Source: Macrostomum lignano (Eukaryota). Taken from it: a DNA stretch of 64,000 nucleotides. The notes beneath the pieces were generated by a model, which worked only from the letters and a program-made list of their open reading frames with translations, was not told where the DNA came from and ran no database searches. This document shows, piece after piece, positions 13,618 through 24,863 of this stretch (positions are counted from its first letter, which is position 1; each line of letters starts with the position of its first letter). The position numbers were made by a program, and so were the translations under genes. The stretch is taken from positions 48,645 through 112,644 of the forward strand of contig NIVC01001898.1 in the NCBI GenBank assembly GCA_002269645.1, in the 5' to 3' direction.

Positions 13618-14893
13618 TTATCTGCTTTAGCTGAAGCTGCCCAGCCCATTGTGAGTGTAGTTGAGTTGGGATTATTTTTCGGATGCACAATCGCTGCTTG
13701 CTATTACTAGCATAGCTGGCAAATGGAGTTGGGCAAATAAACAAGAGACGCAAAAGTGCACAGCTGCCAACCAACCGCGTGACTGGCCAGCCTTCTACAT
13801 ACTGGTTGATAACTTAGATGAACACAGACACAGACCAGCGCACCACTAATATGGTTGAATAGAAATTGGAATAAATTCTAGTCAAGGCATGGACTTCTAG
13901 ACTAGAATTAGAATTAAATAGAAGCCCATTAGCTGGGGTTGGCAGACGCTACTATTTTGTGTTTTGTAAATTGTGTTGCTATTCTCTTCCGTTTGTAAAC
14001 ACGTAGGCTAGTTTAAAAGTACATTTCTTCAGTTTTGATGTTCGATTAGACGGAAAAAAAGATAAACGATGAATCGAGATAAGACAATGATGATTAGCGA
14101 TTGAGATAAGATAGGCGTAAAGGTAAATTGATTTTAATTATGTGTACAATTGTACATGCTCGATATTAATCTAAATATACTAAATCTCTAAGGTTTGTAT
14201 GTTTGAATGCTTGCTTGTCCATGACCATAACGCTCTAGAGATTGCAATTCTTCACCGATTTTGATCGCGTTTTCGCCAAAAGATTTTTAATAATACAACT
14301 AAAAATTACCACCGAGAGCTTTGCATTTAATCGTGTACTTTTAGGTCGCAATAATAAACACCAGCGCAGGCCAGATTCCTCCCTAAACCCTCCAGACTAA
14401 AAGTGCGCGAACCGCGGGCGGCCCGGCCTCCCAGAGTGCCTTGGCCTCTCTAGCCCGAGAGCGGAGAATGAATGAGAAAAGGAACCCCCGGCTGTCTGAA
14501 ATGGGGAGCTTGTTTATAACCCCTCCTGGCCCACGCCGCTGCTCTGCTACACCTCGCTAAGCAAGTAAGCCCCCCCCCCAGGCTGCGCAGGACCAGTTGT
14601 TATCGAGTATTAATAAAAGTACATTCCAGTAGCGTGTGACTCACTGCATAAACCGGCTTTCTCGGAGGTTTTTTTGGCTTTAGGAAAAGGTTTTGCTCTT
14701 CATATTAAACAGAATTTTGCGCGTGCGTGCGTTAGGCGATTAACCAGTTCGTAGAATCTGGTGAATCGTACCCAAGCCTCTAAAAGTACGATGTACGAGC
14801 GTCGAACTATAGTTGCTACCTGATAACCTCACATACTAACTAGCTCGTAGTAGGGATTAAACTACGAGTATAACTCTGGTTGAACTTTTGGCC

Positions 14894-14995
14894 TAGGGAT
14901 GCCAAAAACCGTGCCTTTTTGAGAACCGGTTAACCGGTTTAAAAACCGTCGTTTAAGACAACCGGTTTTTAAAAACCGGTTTGGGCGTCAATTTT
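14894..14995. mobile_element. Isolated hAT-like terminus
   Basis: TAGGGATG start (Ac-like TIR) followed by clustered AACCGG/ACCGT subterminal motifs; the partner end was not found. Confidence 0.35.
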
Positions 14996-15195
14996 TTAAA
15001 AGAACAAAAATAAGCATAGAACTTACATACTATCAAAAATTCGTCTTATTTTAACGACGGGGGTTGTTGCTGTTGTTGTTGCTGAAGCATGTCATTTTTC
15101 TTAACTTATATGTTCTATCTAAACTAACTAATGATTATGTCGTCAATTTGTGAATAACGTGATTACGCGAACTTTCATTACGTGAACGTGATTAC

Positions 15196-17228
15196 GCCAC
15201 CTGTCAGATGCAACCTTGCCCCCCTTGCCACCTGTCAGATGCAACCTTGCCACCCCCCTTGCCACCTGTCAGATGCAACCTTGCCCCCCTTGCCACCTGT
15301 CAGATGCAACCTTGCCCCCCTTGCCACCTGTCAGATGCAACCTTGCCCCCCTTGCCACCTGTCAGATGCAACCTTGCCCCCCTTGCCACCTGTCAGATGC
15401 AACCTTGCCCCCCTTGCCACCTGTCAGATGCAACCTTGCCCCCCTTGTCACCTGTCAAATGCAACCTTGCCCCCCTTGCCACCTGTCAGATGCAACCTTG
15501 CCACCCCCCCCCCTTGCCACCTGTCAGATGCAACCTTGCCCCCCTTGCCACCTGTCAGATGCAACCTTGCCACCCCCTTGCCACCTGTCAGATGCAACCT
15601 TGCCCCCTTGCCACCTGTCAGATGCAACCTTGCCCCCCTTGCCACCTGTCAGATGCAACCTTGCCCCCCTTGCCACCTGTCAGATGCAACCTTGCCCCCC
15701 TTGTCACCTGTCAAATGCAACCTTGCCCCCTTGCCACCTGTCAGATGCAACCTTGCCCCCCCCTTGCCCCCTGTCAGTTGCAACCTTGCCCCCCTTGTCA
15801 CCTGTCAGGGGGCGCTTTCATTAGGCCGAAATTTCACTTCGCCGAAACTTCACTAGGCCGAAACTTCACATTGCCGAAAAATCATTTTAGCAGCGTCCTT
15901 ACTATGGTCGAAAGGGGATGTGAACTTAAGCCTCCCAAAATGGAACCGCAAGCAGTGACGATTTCTCTGCACCAGTTTCTTTATTGTGACCTAAGTGTTT
16001 CTCTGCTACCAAAGTGGGAGCGCGATATGGTCACTCAGTTTTTTGTATGGAATATTTTCGACATTTCTGACTTCATTTGGGGGTGAACTCTGATTGCTTA
16101 TTATTTTCACTGCATTTTCTGTCTCAGTCGGATGGACTTTTAAGTTATAGAGTGTTTGTATGTTTTTATGACTCCTTTGAAAGCGTGCAGATTTGCCTGG
16201 ATTCCGATTCGTAGAATATGCATGGCTCTAAGATTCACTTTAATGTTATTATGTTAGTTTCGGCCTTGTAAAGAGGCTGCTAAAATGTTTTTTCGGCAAT
16301 GTGAAGTTTCGGCCTTATGAAAGAGCGTGCTAGTCATTTCGGCAATGTGAATTTTCGGCCTTATGAAAGAGCGTGCTAGTCATTTAGGCAATGTGAAGTT
16401 TCGACCTAGTGAAGTTTCGGATAGTGAAAGAGGCTGCTAAAATGATTTTTCGGCAATGTGAAGTTTCGGCCTAGTGAAGTTTCGGCCTTATGAAAGAGCG
16501 TGCTAGTCATTTCGGCAATGTGAAGTTTCGACCTAGTGAAGTTTCGGATAGTGAAAGAGGCTACTAAAATGATTTTTCGGCAATGTGAAGTTTCGGCCTA
16601 GTGAAGTTTCGGATAGTGAAAGAGGCTGCTAAAATGATTTTTCGGCAATGTGAAGTTTCGGCCTAGTGAAGTTTCGGCCTTATGAAAGAGCGTGCTAGTC
16701 ATTTCGGCAATGTGAAGTTTCGACCTAGTGAAGTTTCGGATAGTGAAAGAGGCTGCTAAAATGATTTTTCGGCAATGTGAAGTTTCGGCCTAGTGAAGTT
16801 TCGGCCTTATGAAAGAGCGTGCTAGTCATTTCGGCAATGTGAAGTTTCGACCTAGTGAAGTTTCGGATAGTGAAAGAGGCTGCTAAAATGATTTTTCGGC
16901 AATGTGAAGTTTCGGCCTAGTGAAGTTTTGGCCTTATGAAAGAGCGTGCTAGTCATTTCGGCAATGTGAAGTTACGGCCTTATGAAAGAGCGTGCTAGTC
17001 ATTTCGGAAATGTGAAGTTTCGGCCTTATGAAAGAGCGTGCTAGTCATTTCGGCAATGTGAAGTTTCGACCTAGTGAAGTTTCGGATAGTGAAAGAGGCT
17101 GCTAAAATGATTTTTCGGCAATGTGAAGTTTCGGCCTTGTGAAACCCCCATGTCAGATGCAGCCTTGCCCCCCTTGCCACCTGTCAGATGCAACCTTGCC
17201 CCCCTTGCCCCCTGTCAGATGCAACTTC
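15196..17228. repeat. 31-bp minisatellite (CCTTGCCCCCCTTGCCACCTGTCAGATGCAA) interrupted by a foldback element
   Basis: Units at 15196-15807 and again at 17150-17228. Confidence 0.9.
15808..17149. mobile_element. Non-autonomous foldback/TIR DNA element with subterminal repeat arrays
   Basis: GGGGG...CCCCC termini. The left end TTTCATTAGGCCGAAA...CTTCAC is inverted to the right end GTGAAGTTTCGGCCTTGTGAAA. A tandem GTGAAGTTTCGG array runs from 16255 to 17140. Flanks CTGTCA/ATGTCA match 5/6. Confidence 0.55.
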
Positions 17229-17799
17229 GGCATAGAGTGGAAGCCGTACAGAGTACGCTAGGACTTTGTTTCCAAGAAAAGCTGAAAGCCAGTTACACAG
17301 TATTTATTTTAAGGATTCTAAAACTTCTACCCCGCTAATGCAACACAATGAAACAGTACACTTCATTGCAGAGCATAAATAATAAAAGACCATTTAATAG
17401 GAACAATCCAGTTCAGTAGCTCCGCACTCAACTCAGAACGCACCTCTGATTTGACAGACTAGGTATAGGTAACTAACCGCCCTTTTTGGACTTGCTAATT
17501 GTATTAGGCAATGCCAACGTGGGACAACAAAGGACACGGCGGGGTGGGGGGGGAGAGGCTGCCGGGAGTCCGGGACACGAGGCAAATTAGCCACGAGCGC
17601 GGCACGCAAGACAGGACCAGCAGGGGAATTAGCGCATGACAGGGAATAGGGATTAGGGAGACAGGAGCCCACCCGCAGAGCTGCTTCATCTCTCACTCTC
17701 ACCTATACGGCGAAGGACCGAGTGCTCGCATCGCATTGCAAAACAGGCTTTGCAGTGCACCCTATCGCTCCCCAGACTGGATTAGTTTAGTGCTGGCTG

Positions 17800-18030
17800 T
17801 GGCTGCCTGTCTGGCTGTGGCTGCCTGGCTACATGTAGTGCCAGTCTGTCTGTCTGGCTAAGTGCCAGTCTGTCTGTCTGTCCGGCTTAGTGCCAGTGCC
17901 AGTCTGTCTGGCTTAGTGCCAGTGCCAGTGTGTCTGGCTCAGTGCCAGTGCCAGTCTGTCTGCCTGGCTTAGTGCCAGTCTCTCTCTCTCGCTCAGTACC
18001 AGTCTGTCTGCTTGCCTGTCTAACTAGGCA
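17800..18030. repeat. Degenerate GTGCCAGTCTGTCTGGCTTA repeat
   Basis: Direct reading. Confidence 0.75.
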
Positions 18031-18594
18031 TCTGTCCTGTCAATCTGCATGTACCGTAACTGCATCTTATACAAACCTGGAGTGCAAGCTGCCGCATGCA
18101 ACATGCATACACTGTACTGTAGGGCCGTACACACGCATTGGCACTGTGTTATGCGCCACTGGGTGCACAATCAATTAAAGTGCAACAGCAACCACTTTTT
18201 ACGGTTTCTCAGCCCGAGTAACCGCTCATATCTTACTGAGCTGCAGTGCAGTGCTGTGTAGGTACGGACACAAACCTTACAGATGCGATGTCATATAAAG
18301 TAAGAGAGTACAAAAACACCTTCACTCACCAGGCAGGTAGGAAGGCTGGAGCAATTAAAAATTATTACCATTATTACGCTCGCATCGTAAAACAAGAAAA
18401 TCGCTCTTTATATTGGTATTCAATATAAAATAACAAGGCATTCTAAATTATTATTATTAATATGTAGCTGAGGACACGACGAGCCAAGTGTTGATGACTA
18501 GGCGGGGCACAGGTACAACACACCGTGTGGAAAATTTGGAAGTTTTTTCATTTATGGCGCAAAACTTTTAGGCCATCTTTATGGGCACTCTCAT

Positions 18595-19130
18595 CATATT
18601 GAATCTGGGCACTCTCAATTCTATTGAATCTGGGCACTCTCAATTCTATTGAATCTGGGCACTCTCCATTTCATTGAATCTGGGCACTCTCTATTCTATT
18701 GAATCTGGGCACTCTCCATTTCATTGAATCTGGGCACTCTCAATTCTATTGAATCTGGGCACTCTCCATTTCATTGAATCTGGGCACTCTCCATTTCATT
18801 GAATCTGGGCAATCTGGGCACTCACTCTCAACTCCCTTGAATCTGGGCACTCACTATCAACTCCCTTGAATCTGGGCACTCTCAATTCCCTTGAATATGA
18901 GCACTCTCAATTCCCTTGAATCTGAGCACTCTCAATTCCATTGAATCTGAGAACTCTCAATTCCCTTGAATCTGAGCTTCTCAATTCCCTTGAATCTGGG
19001 CACTCTCAATTCCCTTGAATCTGAGCACTCTAAATTCCATTGAATCTGAGCTCTCAACTCCATTGAATCTGGGCACTCTTCATTCATTGATCTTACGCAC
19101 TCCACAATAATTGAATCTGGGCACTCATAA
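18595..19130. repeat. 25-bp minisatellite (GAATCTGGGCACTCTCAATTCTATT)
   Basis: Period 25 (18601 to 18626). Confidence 0.9.
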
Positions 19131-19307
19131 TCGCCTAAATTTTGGCACGCCTCACATACCGGACAATTGTAAACCAAAATTAATCATAACCAGTTAGCAA
19201 GATGATGAAAAACCAATTTCAAAAGCAGCATGCGGGTCGCGTAGATCTGGCAGAAGCTTTAAGCAGCGGAAGCGCATATTGTGTTTGTTTATCAGTATAT
19301 CCATAAT

Positions 19308-19503
19308 CTAGGCGATGCTGCACCAGCTTCGCTGCCCACTCGATAAAGACTCAGAAGGCTGCAGCTCGTGGCTGCCCGAGTCCTCCGCGTCATCTGAGCA
19401 GTCGTCGCTGTCCGCGGACGCAGCGGTGTCCAAGTCAGACGAGGATGAGCAGGCTGATGTTGATAAAGCGTAGTTGGCGGCTGGACCCCGCCGGACTGGG
19501 TCT
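19308..19503 (-). CDS. Candidate terminal exon, Ser/Asp-rich, ending in the CaaX-like motif WCSIA*
   Basis: Pyrimidine-rich acceptor CATTCCTCCATTCTCAG ends at 19504. The frame DPVRRGPAANYALSTSACSSSSDLD...GQRSWCSIA* is GC-rich like neighbouring exons. Upstream exons not found. Confidence 0.35.
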
Positions 19504-19559
19504 CTGAGAATGGAGGAATGATGCCGAAAGTACTTTATAGGAAATGCAGGAATGTATGC

Positions 19560-21425
19560 AGGGAGGTATTGGGGAATCTTGGGAGGTATTGGGAATCTTG
19601 GGAGGTATTGAGGAATCTTGGGAGGTATTGAGGAATCTTAGGAAGTATTGGGGAATCTTGGGAGGTATTGAGGAATCTTGGGAGGTATTGAGGAATCTTG
19701 GGAGGTATTGGGGAATCTTGGGAGGTATTGGGGAATCTTGGGAGGTATTGAGGAATCTTGGGAGGTATTGGGGAACCTTGGGAGGTATTGGGGAATCTTG
19801 GGAGGTATTGAGGAATCGTGGGAGGTATTGGGGAACAGTGAGAGGTATTGAGGAATCCCGGGAGGTATTTGGGAATTTAGGGAGGTATTGGGGAATCTTG
19901 GGAGGTATTGGGGAATCTTGGGAGGTATTGAGGAATCTTGGGAGGTATTGAGGAATCTTGGGAGGTATTGAGGAATCTTGGGAGGTATTGAGGAATCGTG
20001 GGAGGTATTGGGGGTATTGGGGAATCTTGGGGGGTATTGAGGAATCTTGGGAGGTATTGAGGAATCTTGGGAGGTATTGAGGAATCTTGGGAGGTATTGA
20101 GGAATCTTGGGAGGTATTGAGGAATCTTGGGAGGTATTGAGGAATCTTGGGAGGTATTGAGGAATCTTGGGAGGTATTGAGGAATCTTGGGAGGTATTGA
20201 GGAATCGTGGGAGGTATTGGGGAACAGTGAGAGGTATTGAGGAATCCCGGGAGGTATTTGGGAATTTAGGGAGGTATTGGGGAATCTTGGGAGGTATTGG
20301 GGAATCTTGGGAGGTATTGAGGAATCTTGGGAGGTATTGGGGAATCTTGGGAGGTATTGAGGAATCTTGGGAGGTATTGAGGAATCTTGGGAGGTATTGA
20401 GGAATCTTGGGAGGTATTGAGGAATCTTGGGAGGTATTGAGGAATCTTGGGAGGTATTGAGGAATCTTGGGAGGTATTGAGGAATCGTGGGAGGTATTGG
20501 GGAACAGTGAGAGGTATTGAGGAATCCCGGGAGGTATTTGGGAATTTAGGGAGGTATTGGGGAATCTTGGGAGGTATTGGGAATCTTGGGAGGTATTGAG
20601 GAATCTTGGGAGGTATTGAGGAATCTTGGGAGGTATTGAGGAATCTTGGGAGGTATTGAGGAATCGTGGGAGGTATTGGGGGTATTGGGGAATCTTGGGG
20701 GGTATTGAGGAATCTTGGGAGGTATTGAGGAATCTTGGGAGGTATTGAGGAATCTTGGGAGGTATTGAGGAATCTTGGGAGGTATTGAGGAATCTTGGGA
20801 GGTATTGAGAAATCTTGGGAGGTATTGAGGAATCTTGGGAGGTATTGAGGAATCGTGGGAGGTATTGGGGAACAGTGAGAGGTATTGAGGAATCCCGGGA
20901 GGTATTTGGGAATTTAGGGAGGTATTGGGGAATCTTGGGAGGTATTGGGGAATCTTGGGAGGTATTGAGGAATCTTGGGAGGTATTGAGGAATCTTGGGA
21001 AGTATTGGGGAATCTTGGGAAGTATTGGGAAATCTTGGGAGGTATTGAGGAATCTCGGGAGGTATTGAGGAATCTTGGGAAGTATTGGGGAATCTTGGGA
21101 AGTATTGGGGAATCTTGGGAAGTATTGGGAAATCTTGGGAGGTATTGAGGAATCTCGGGAGGTATTGGAGAATCTTGGGAGGTATTGGGGAATCTTGGGA
21201 GGTATTGGGGAATCTCGGGAGGTATTGAGGAATCTTGGGAGGTATTGAGGAATCTTGGGAAGTATTGGGAAATCTTGGAAGGTATTGGGGAATCTCGGGA
21301 GGTATTGGGGAATCTCGGGAGGTATTGGGAAATCTTGGGAGGTATTGGGGAATCTTGGGAAGTATTGGGAAATCTTGGGAGGTATTTAGGAATCTTGGGA
21401 GGTATTGGGGAATCTTGGTAGGTAT
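19560..21425. repeat. 20-bp G-rich minisatellite (GAGGAATCTTGGGAGGTATT) with higher-order blocks
   Basis: Period 20; the variant block GGGAACAGTGAGAGG...CCCGGG recurs near 19831, 20221, 20501 and 20869. Confidence 0.95.
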
Positions 21426-21912
21426 GGGTACACTGTCCTAGGAGACATGAGGCTCGACGTGAAAATACTGTAAAATCTTAGGAGGTGCCGCACTGTTAAA
21501 TGTTAATTTTGAGTACGCATAAAAATGGAAATTGAGTTTTGAAAGGTCAGACGTGGAAAAAATAGAGAAACAATGTAAATTTTAACTAGAATTTCACACA
21601 CAGAATTTGTTGTTTCGCGTGCTAGAAGCAAATATATTTATTTATTAGATTTGATGTAACAGAAATCTTCCGCCACCATTCTTGCCGACATTTATACACG
21701 AGTAATTGCTATTTATCTGCGCGTAACTAGCAAAACAATTATGAGATGCAAGCGCACAACTGTGCCAGTCTCTCCTGCCTCACTCAATAGCGCCCAGACA
21801 AACTAAGGGCTGCACTTTTTAAGCTAAAAGATTGCAACTAGAGGTACGTGAAAAGGTGAATTAGGGCTCGGCGTTTGCGAAACTGAGAGACAGACAGACA
21901 GAAACACACATT

Positions 21913-21952
<40 letters not shown>

Positions 21953-22354
21953 TTGAATAGATGCAACGGCAATAACTGTAAGGAGAGGCCTCGTCAATTA
22001 ACTAGCTACTTTCCACGTCTCAAATTAGAACAAGCAGGACAAGAAAACGATGGCTAAACAACTGGCAGTCATGTGACACCCGGCCGACCTTAGCTAAAGA
22101 ACTCAGCTGCTAATCTGCTATCGAAAATGCATAAACACAGCGCGCGTGTCATTTTTTTGTCCACTCGAAGGGAAACAAGTTAGCAGAAAAACTCAAGGAT
22201 ATTGTTCGGTTCGGGCAGATACTGAGAGTAGTCCTGATGCTTTTTAGCAGAAAGGTTGCTATTAAATTTTTTTTACTGTTTTTACGATTAAATAAGGTAA
22301 TTTGTTGGATAATAAACTTTAAAAGTCGATAGAGTGAAATTTAACTGAGAATGG

Positions 22355-23185
22355 CCAAATGGGGTGGGTGTAGAATTCAACTAAGGCTGGCAGAGTGGGG
22401 TGGGTGTAGAATTCAACTAGGCTGGCGGAGTGAGGTGGGTGTAGAATTTAACTAGGGCTGCCGAAGTGGGGTGGGTGTAGAATTTAACTAATGCTAGTGC
22501 AGTGGGGGTGTAGAATTTAACAGAGACTGATGGAGTGGGGTGGGTGTAGAATTTAACTGAGGCTGCCGAAGTGGGGTGGGTGTAGAATTCAACTAGGATG
22601 GCGGAGTGGGGTGGGTGTAGAATTTAACTAGGGCTGCCGAAGTGGGGTGGGTGTAGAATTTAACTAATGCTAGTGCAGTGGGGTGTAGAATTTAACTGAG
22701 ACTGATGGAGTGGGGTGGGTGTAGAATTTAACTGAGGCTGCCGAAGTGGGGTGGGTGTAGAATTCAACTAGGATGGCGGAGTGGGGTGGGTGTAGAATTT
22801 AACTAGGGCTGCCGAAGTGGGGTGGGTGTAGAATTTAACTAATGCTAGTGCAGTGGGGTGTAGAATTTAACTGAGACTGATGGAGTGGGGTGGGTGTAGA
22901 ATTTAACTGAGGCTGCCGAAGTGAGGTGGGTGTAGAATTCAACTAAGGCTGACAGAGTAGGGTGAGTGTAGAATTTAACTGATGCTGGCGGGGTGGGTGA
23001 GTGTACATATAGAATTGCTGGGAAGTGGGGTGGGTGTAGAATTTAACTGATGCTGGGGGAGTGGGGTGGGTGCAAAATTTAACTGAGGCTGGCGAAGTGG
23101 GGTGGGTGTAGAACTTAACTGATGCTGGGGGAGTGGGGTGGGTGTAGAATTTAACTGAGGAAGGGTGAGTGGGGGTGGGTGAAAA
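22355..23185. repeat. About 35-bp minisatellite (GAGTGGGGTGGGTGTAGAATTTAACT...) with about 175-bp higher-order repeat
   Basis: A five-unit block recurs near 22452, 22628 and 22803. Confidence 0.88.
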
Positions 23186-23235
23186 TTTATAGTGAAAAGA
23201 CGTCGTTTAGCAAAAAATCAAACAGAAATTTTTTC

Positions 23236-24193
23236 TCACGCAATAAGTGCCAGTCTGCCGGATGACTTGTGGCAGGCGGCATAAGAGAAAGTCCAAAGCA
23301 GTGCTCGATCGCCTCCAGAAATCAGTGTGAACGCCGAGTCTCCGGGGCCGCTATTGCCGGAGTTGATGGCCGCTAGACAAAGGATTCTGCCGATAGACAA
23401 GCCGCTGTGGTTGGAATCGGTCTTCCCCAGGCTGGCAAGGGATTCGGCGTCGAACACTGTGGATTCAAGGGTTTGATAGTCGACCCGTTTGGGTGGGGAA
23501 TTCGACTTTAGATTCAGTGCAGGAATTGAATCATTTCTCAGTAGATTAGGTCATTATCCAAGCTTTAAAAAGGCTGATGACGCGCAGTACTTCAATTTGA
23601 TTTACAGCCCAGCTCCTCCCCAAATCCAGCTTCTCAGATCTGTGACTGCGTCGTGCCCCATTCGGGCGAAAAATCGCGCACTTCTCGCCACGTTTCCTCC
23701 CCCCAAAAATAACAATAATTACAGCGGCGTAACAAGCAGTCAGTCGTGTTTTTGAGCAGAGAGTAAAAATGCAACAACAGGGAGCTGTTTACCGCGCAAC
23801 GCCGGTCAAACACGCACAGCCTGCTATCAGCCCTGTTTCCAGGTAATCATTAATCTACGGTTTCCCATCTGCTGGCTGAACTAAAATTAGCATTGCAGGC
23901 TAAAACAAGCTGATTTGAAGAAATTAAACAAAGCAGCACATAGAGATCAGGGGTTGTAGTCTAGTGGTCAGAGCGTTGGAGCTACGACTGAAAGGTCGGG
24001 GGTTCGATTCTCGACCCACCCGGAACAAGTTGTGTCCTTGAGCAAGGCACTTTAAACTCTGCATTGCTTCAGTTCACTCAGCTGTAAAATGAGTGCCAGC
24101 ATTAGCTGGGATACTGTAATTGAGGGTGTGTGTGTGGCGACCCTCCGTGAGAGCTGTCGGTTGCACATCTGCCCATTAAGGCAGGTGTAATCA

Positions 24194-24230
<37 letters not shown>

Positions 24231-24695
24231 GGGATCAGCAAAACTTAAAATGCTTTGTTTTTTAACGTACCATGCTGGCTTGTTAGTCTTTATTAGACTA
24301 ACCAATTTACATGTCAACCAGCGCCTATCTCTGACGTATCTACAGTCGGAGCTCTTACAACCTTAATTCATATTTCTGACTGCCACTTAGCAACAACTTG
24401 TACCTTAATCTTCTCATTCAAAGCGCAGCGGCTTACCCTGCAGAAACGAGGCTCCAGCCAGGTAGTCAAAAGCGGCAACGGCCAACAGGGCATTCGGCAG
24501 AAGCAGCAGACAGTCGCAGATGGAGGTGGCGGCGGAACCAGCCGCTGCGCCAGGCAGTCGGCTTACGGCAGTCACCGGCGATCCTGCTGAATACGGCGAT
24601 GTTTACGTTGCGAAATTTGGCAAACGGACGAACAGACAAATTTGAGACTGACAGACAGCCAGATAGGCAGACAGAGTCAGACAGACAGCCAGAGT

Positions 24696-24726
<31 letters not shown>

Positions 24727-24766
24727 CCAGAATCAGACAGACAGACAGACAGCCAGATAGGCAGAC

Positions 24767-24807
<41 letters not shown>

Positions 24808-24822
24808 TAGGCAGACAGAGAC

Positions 24823-24863
<41 letters not shown>

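Noticed and set aside
23950-24025. tRNA gene
   Set aside because: It has A and B boxes but continues into a CORE-like body and an (ATT)n tail with a TSD, so it is a SINE head.
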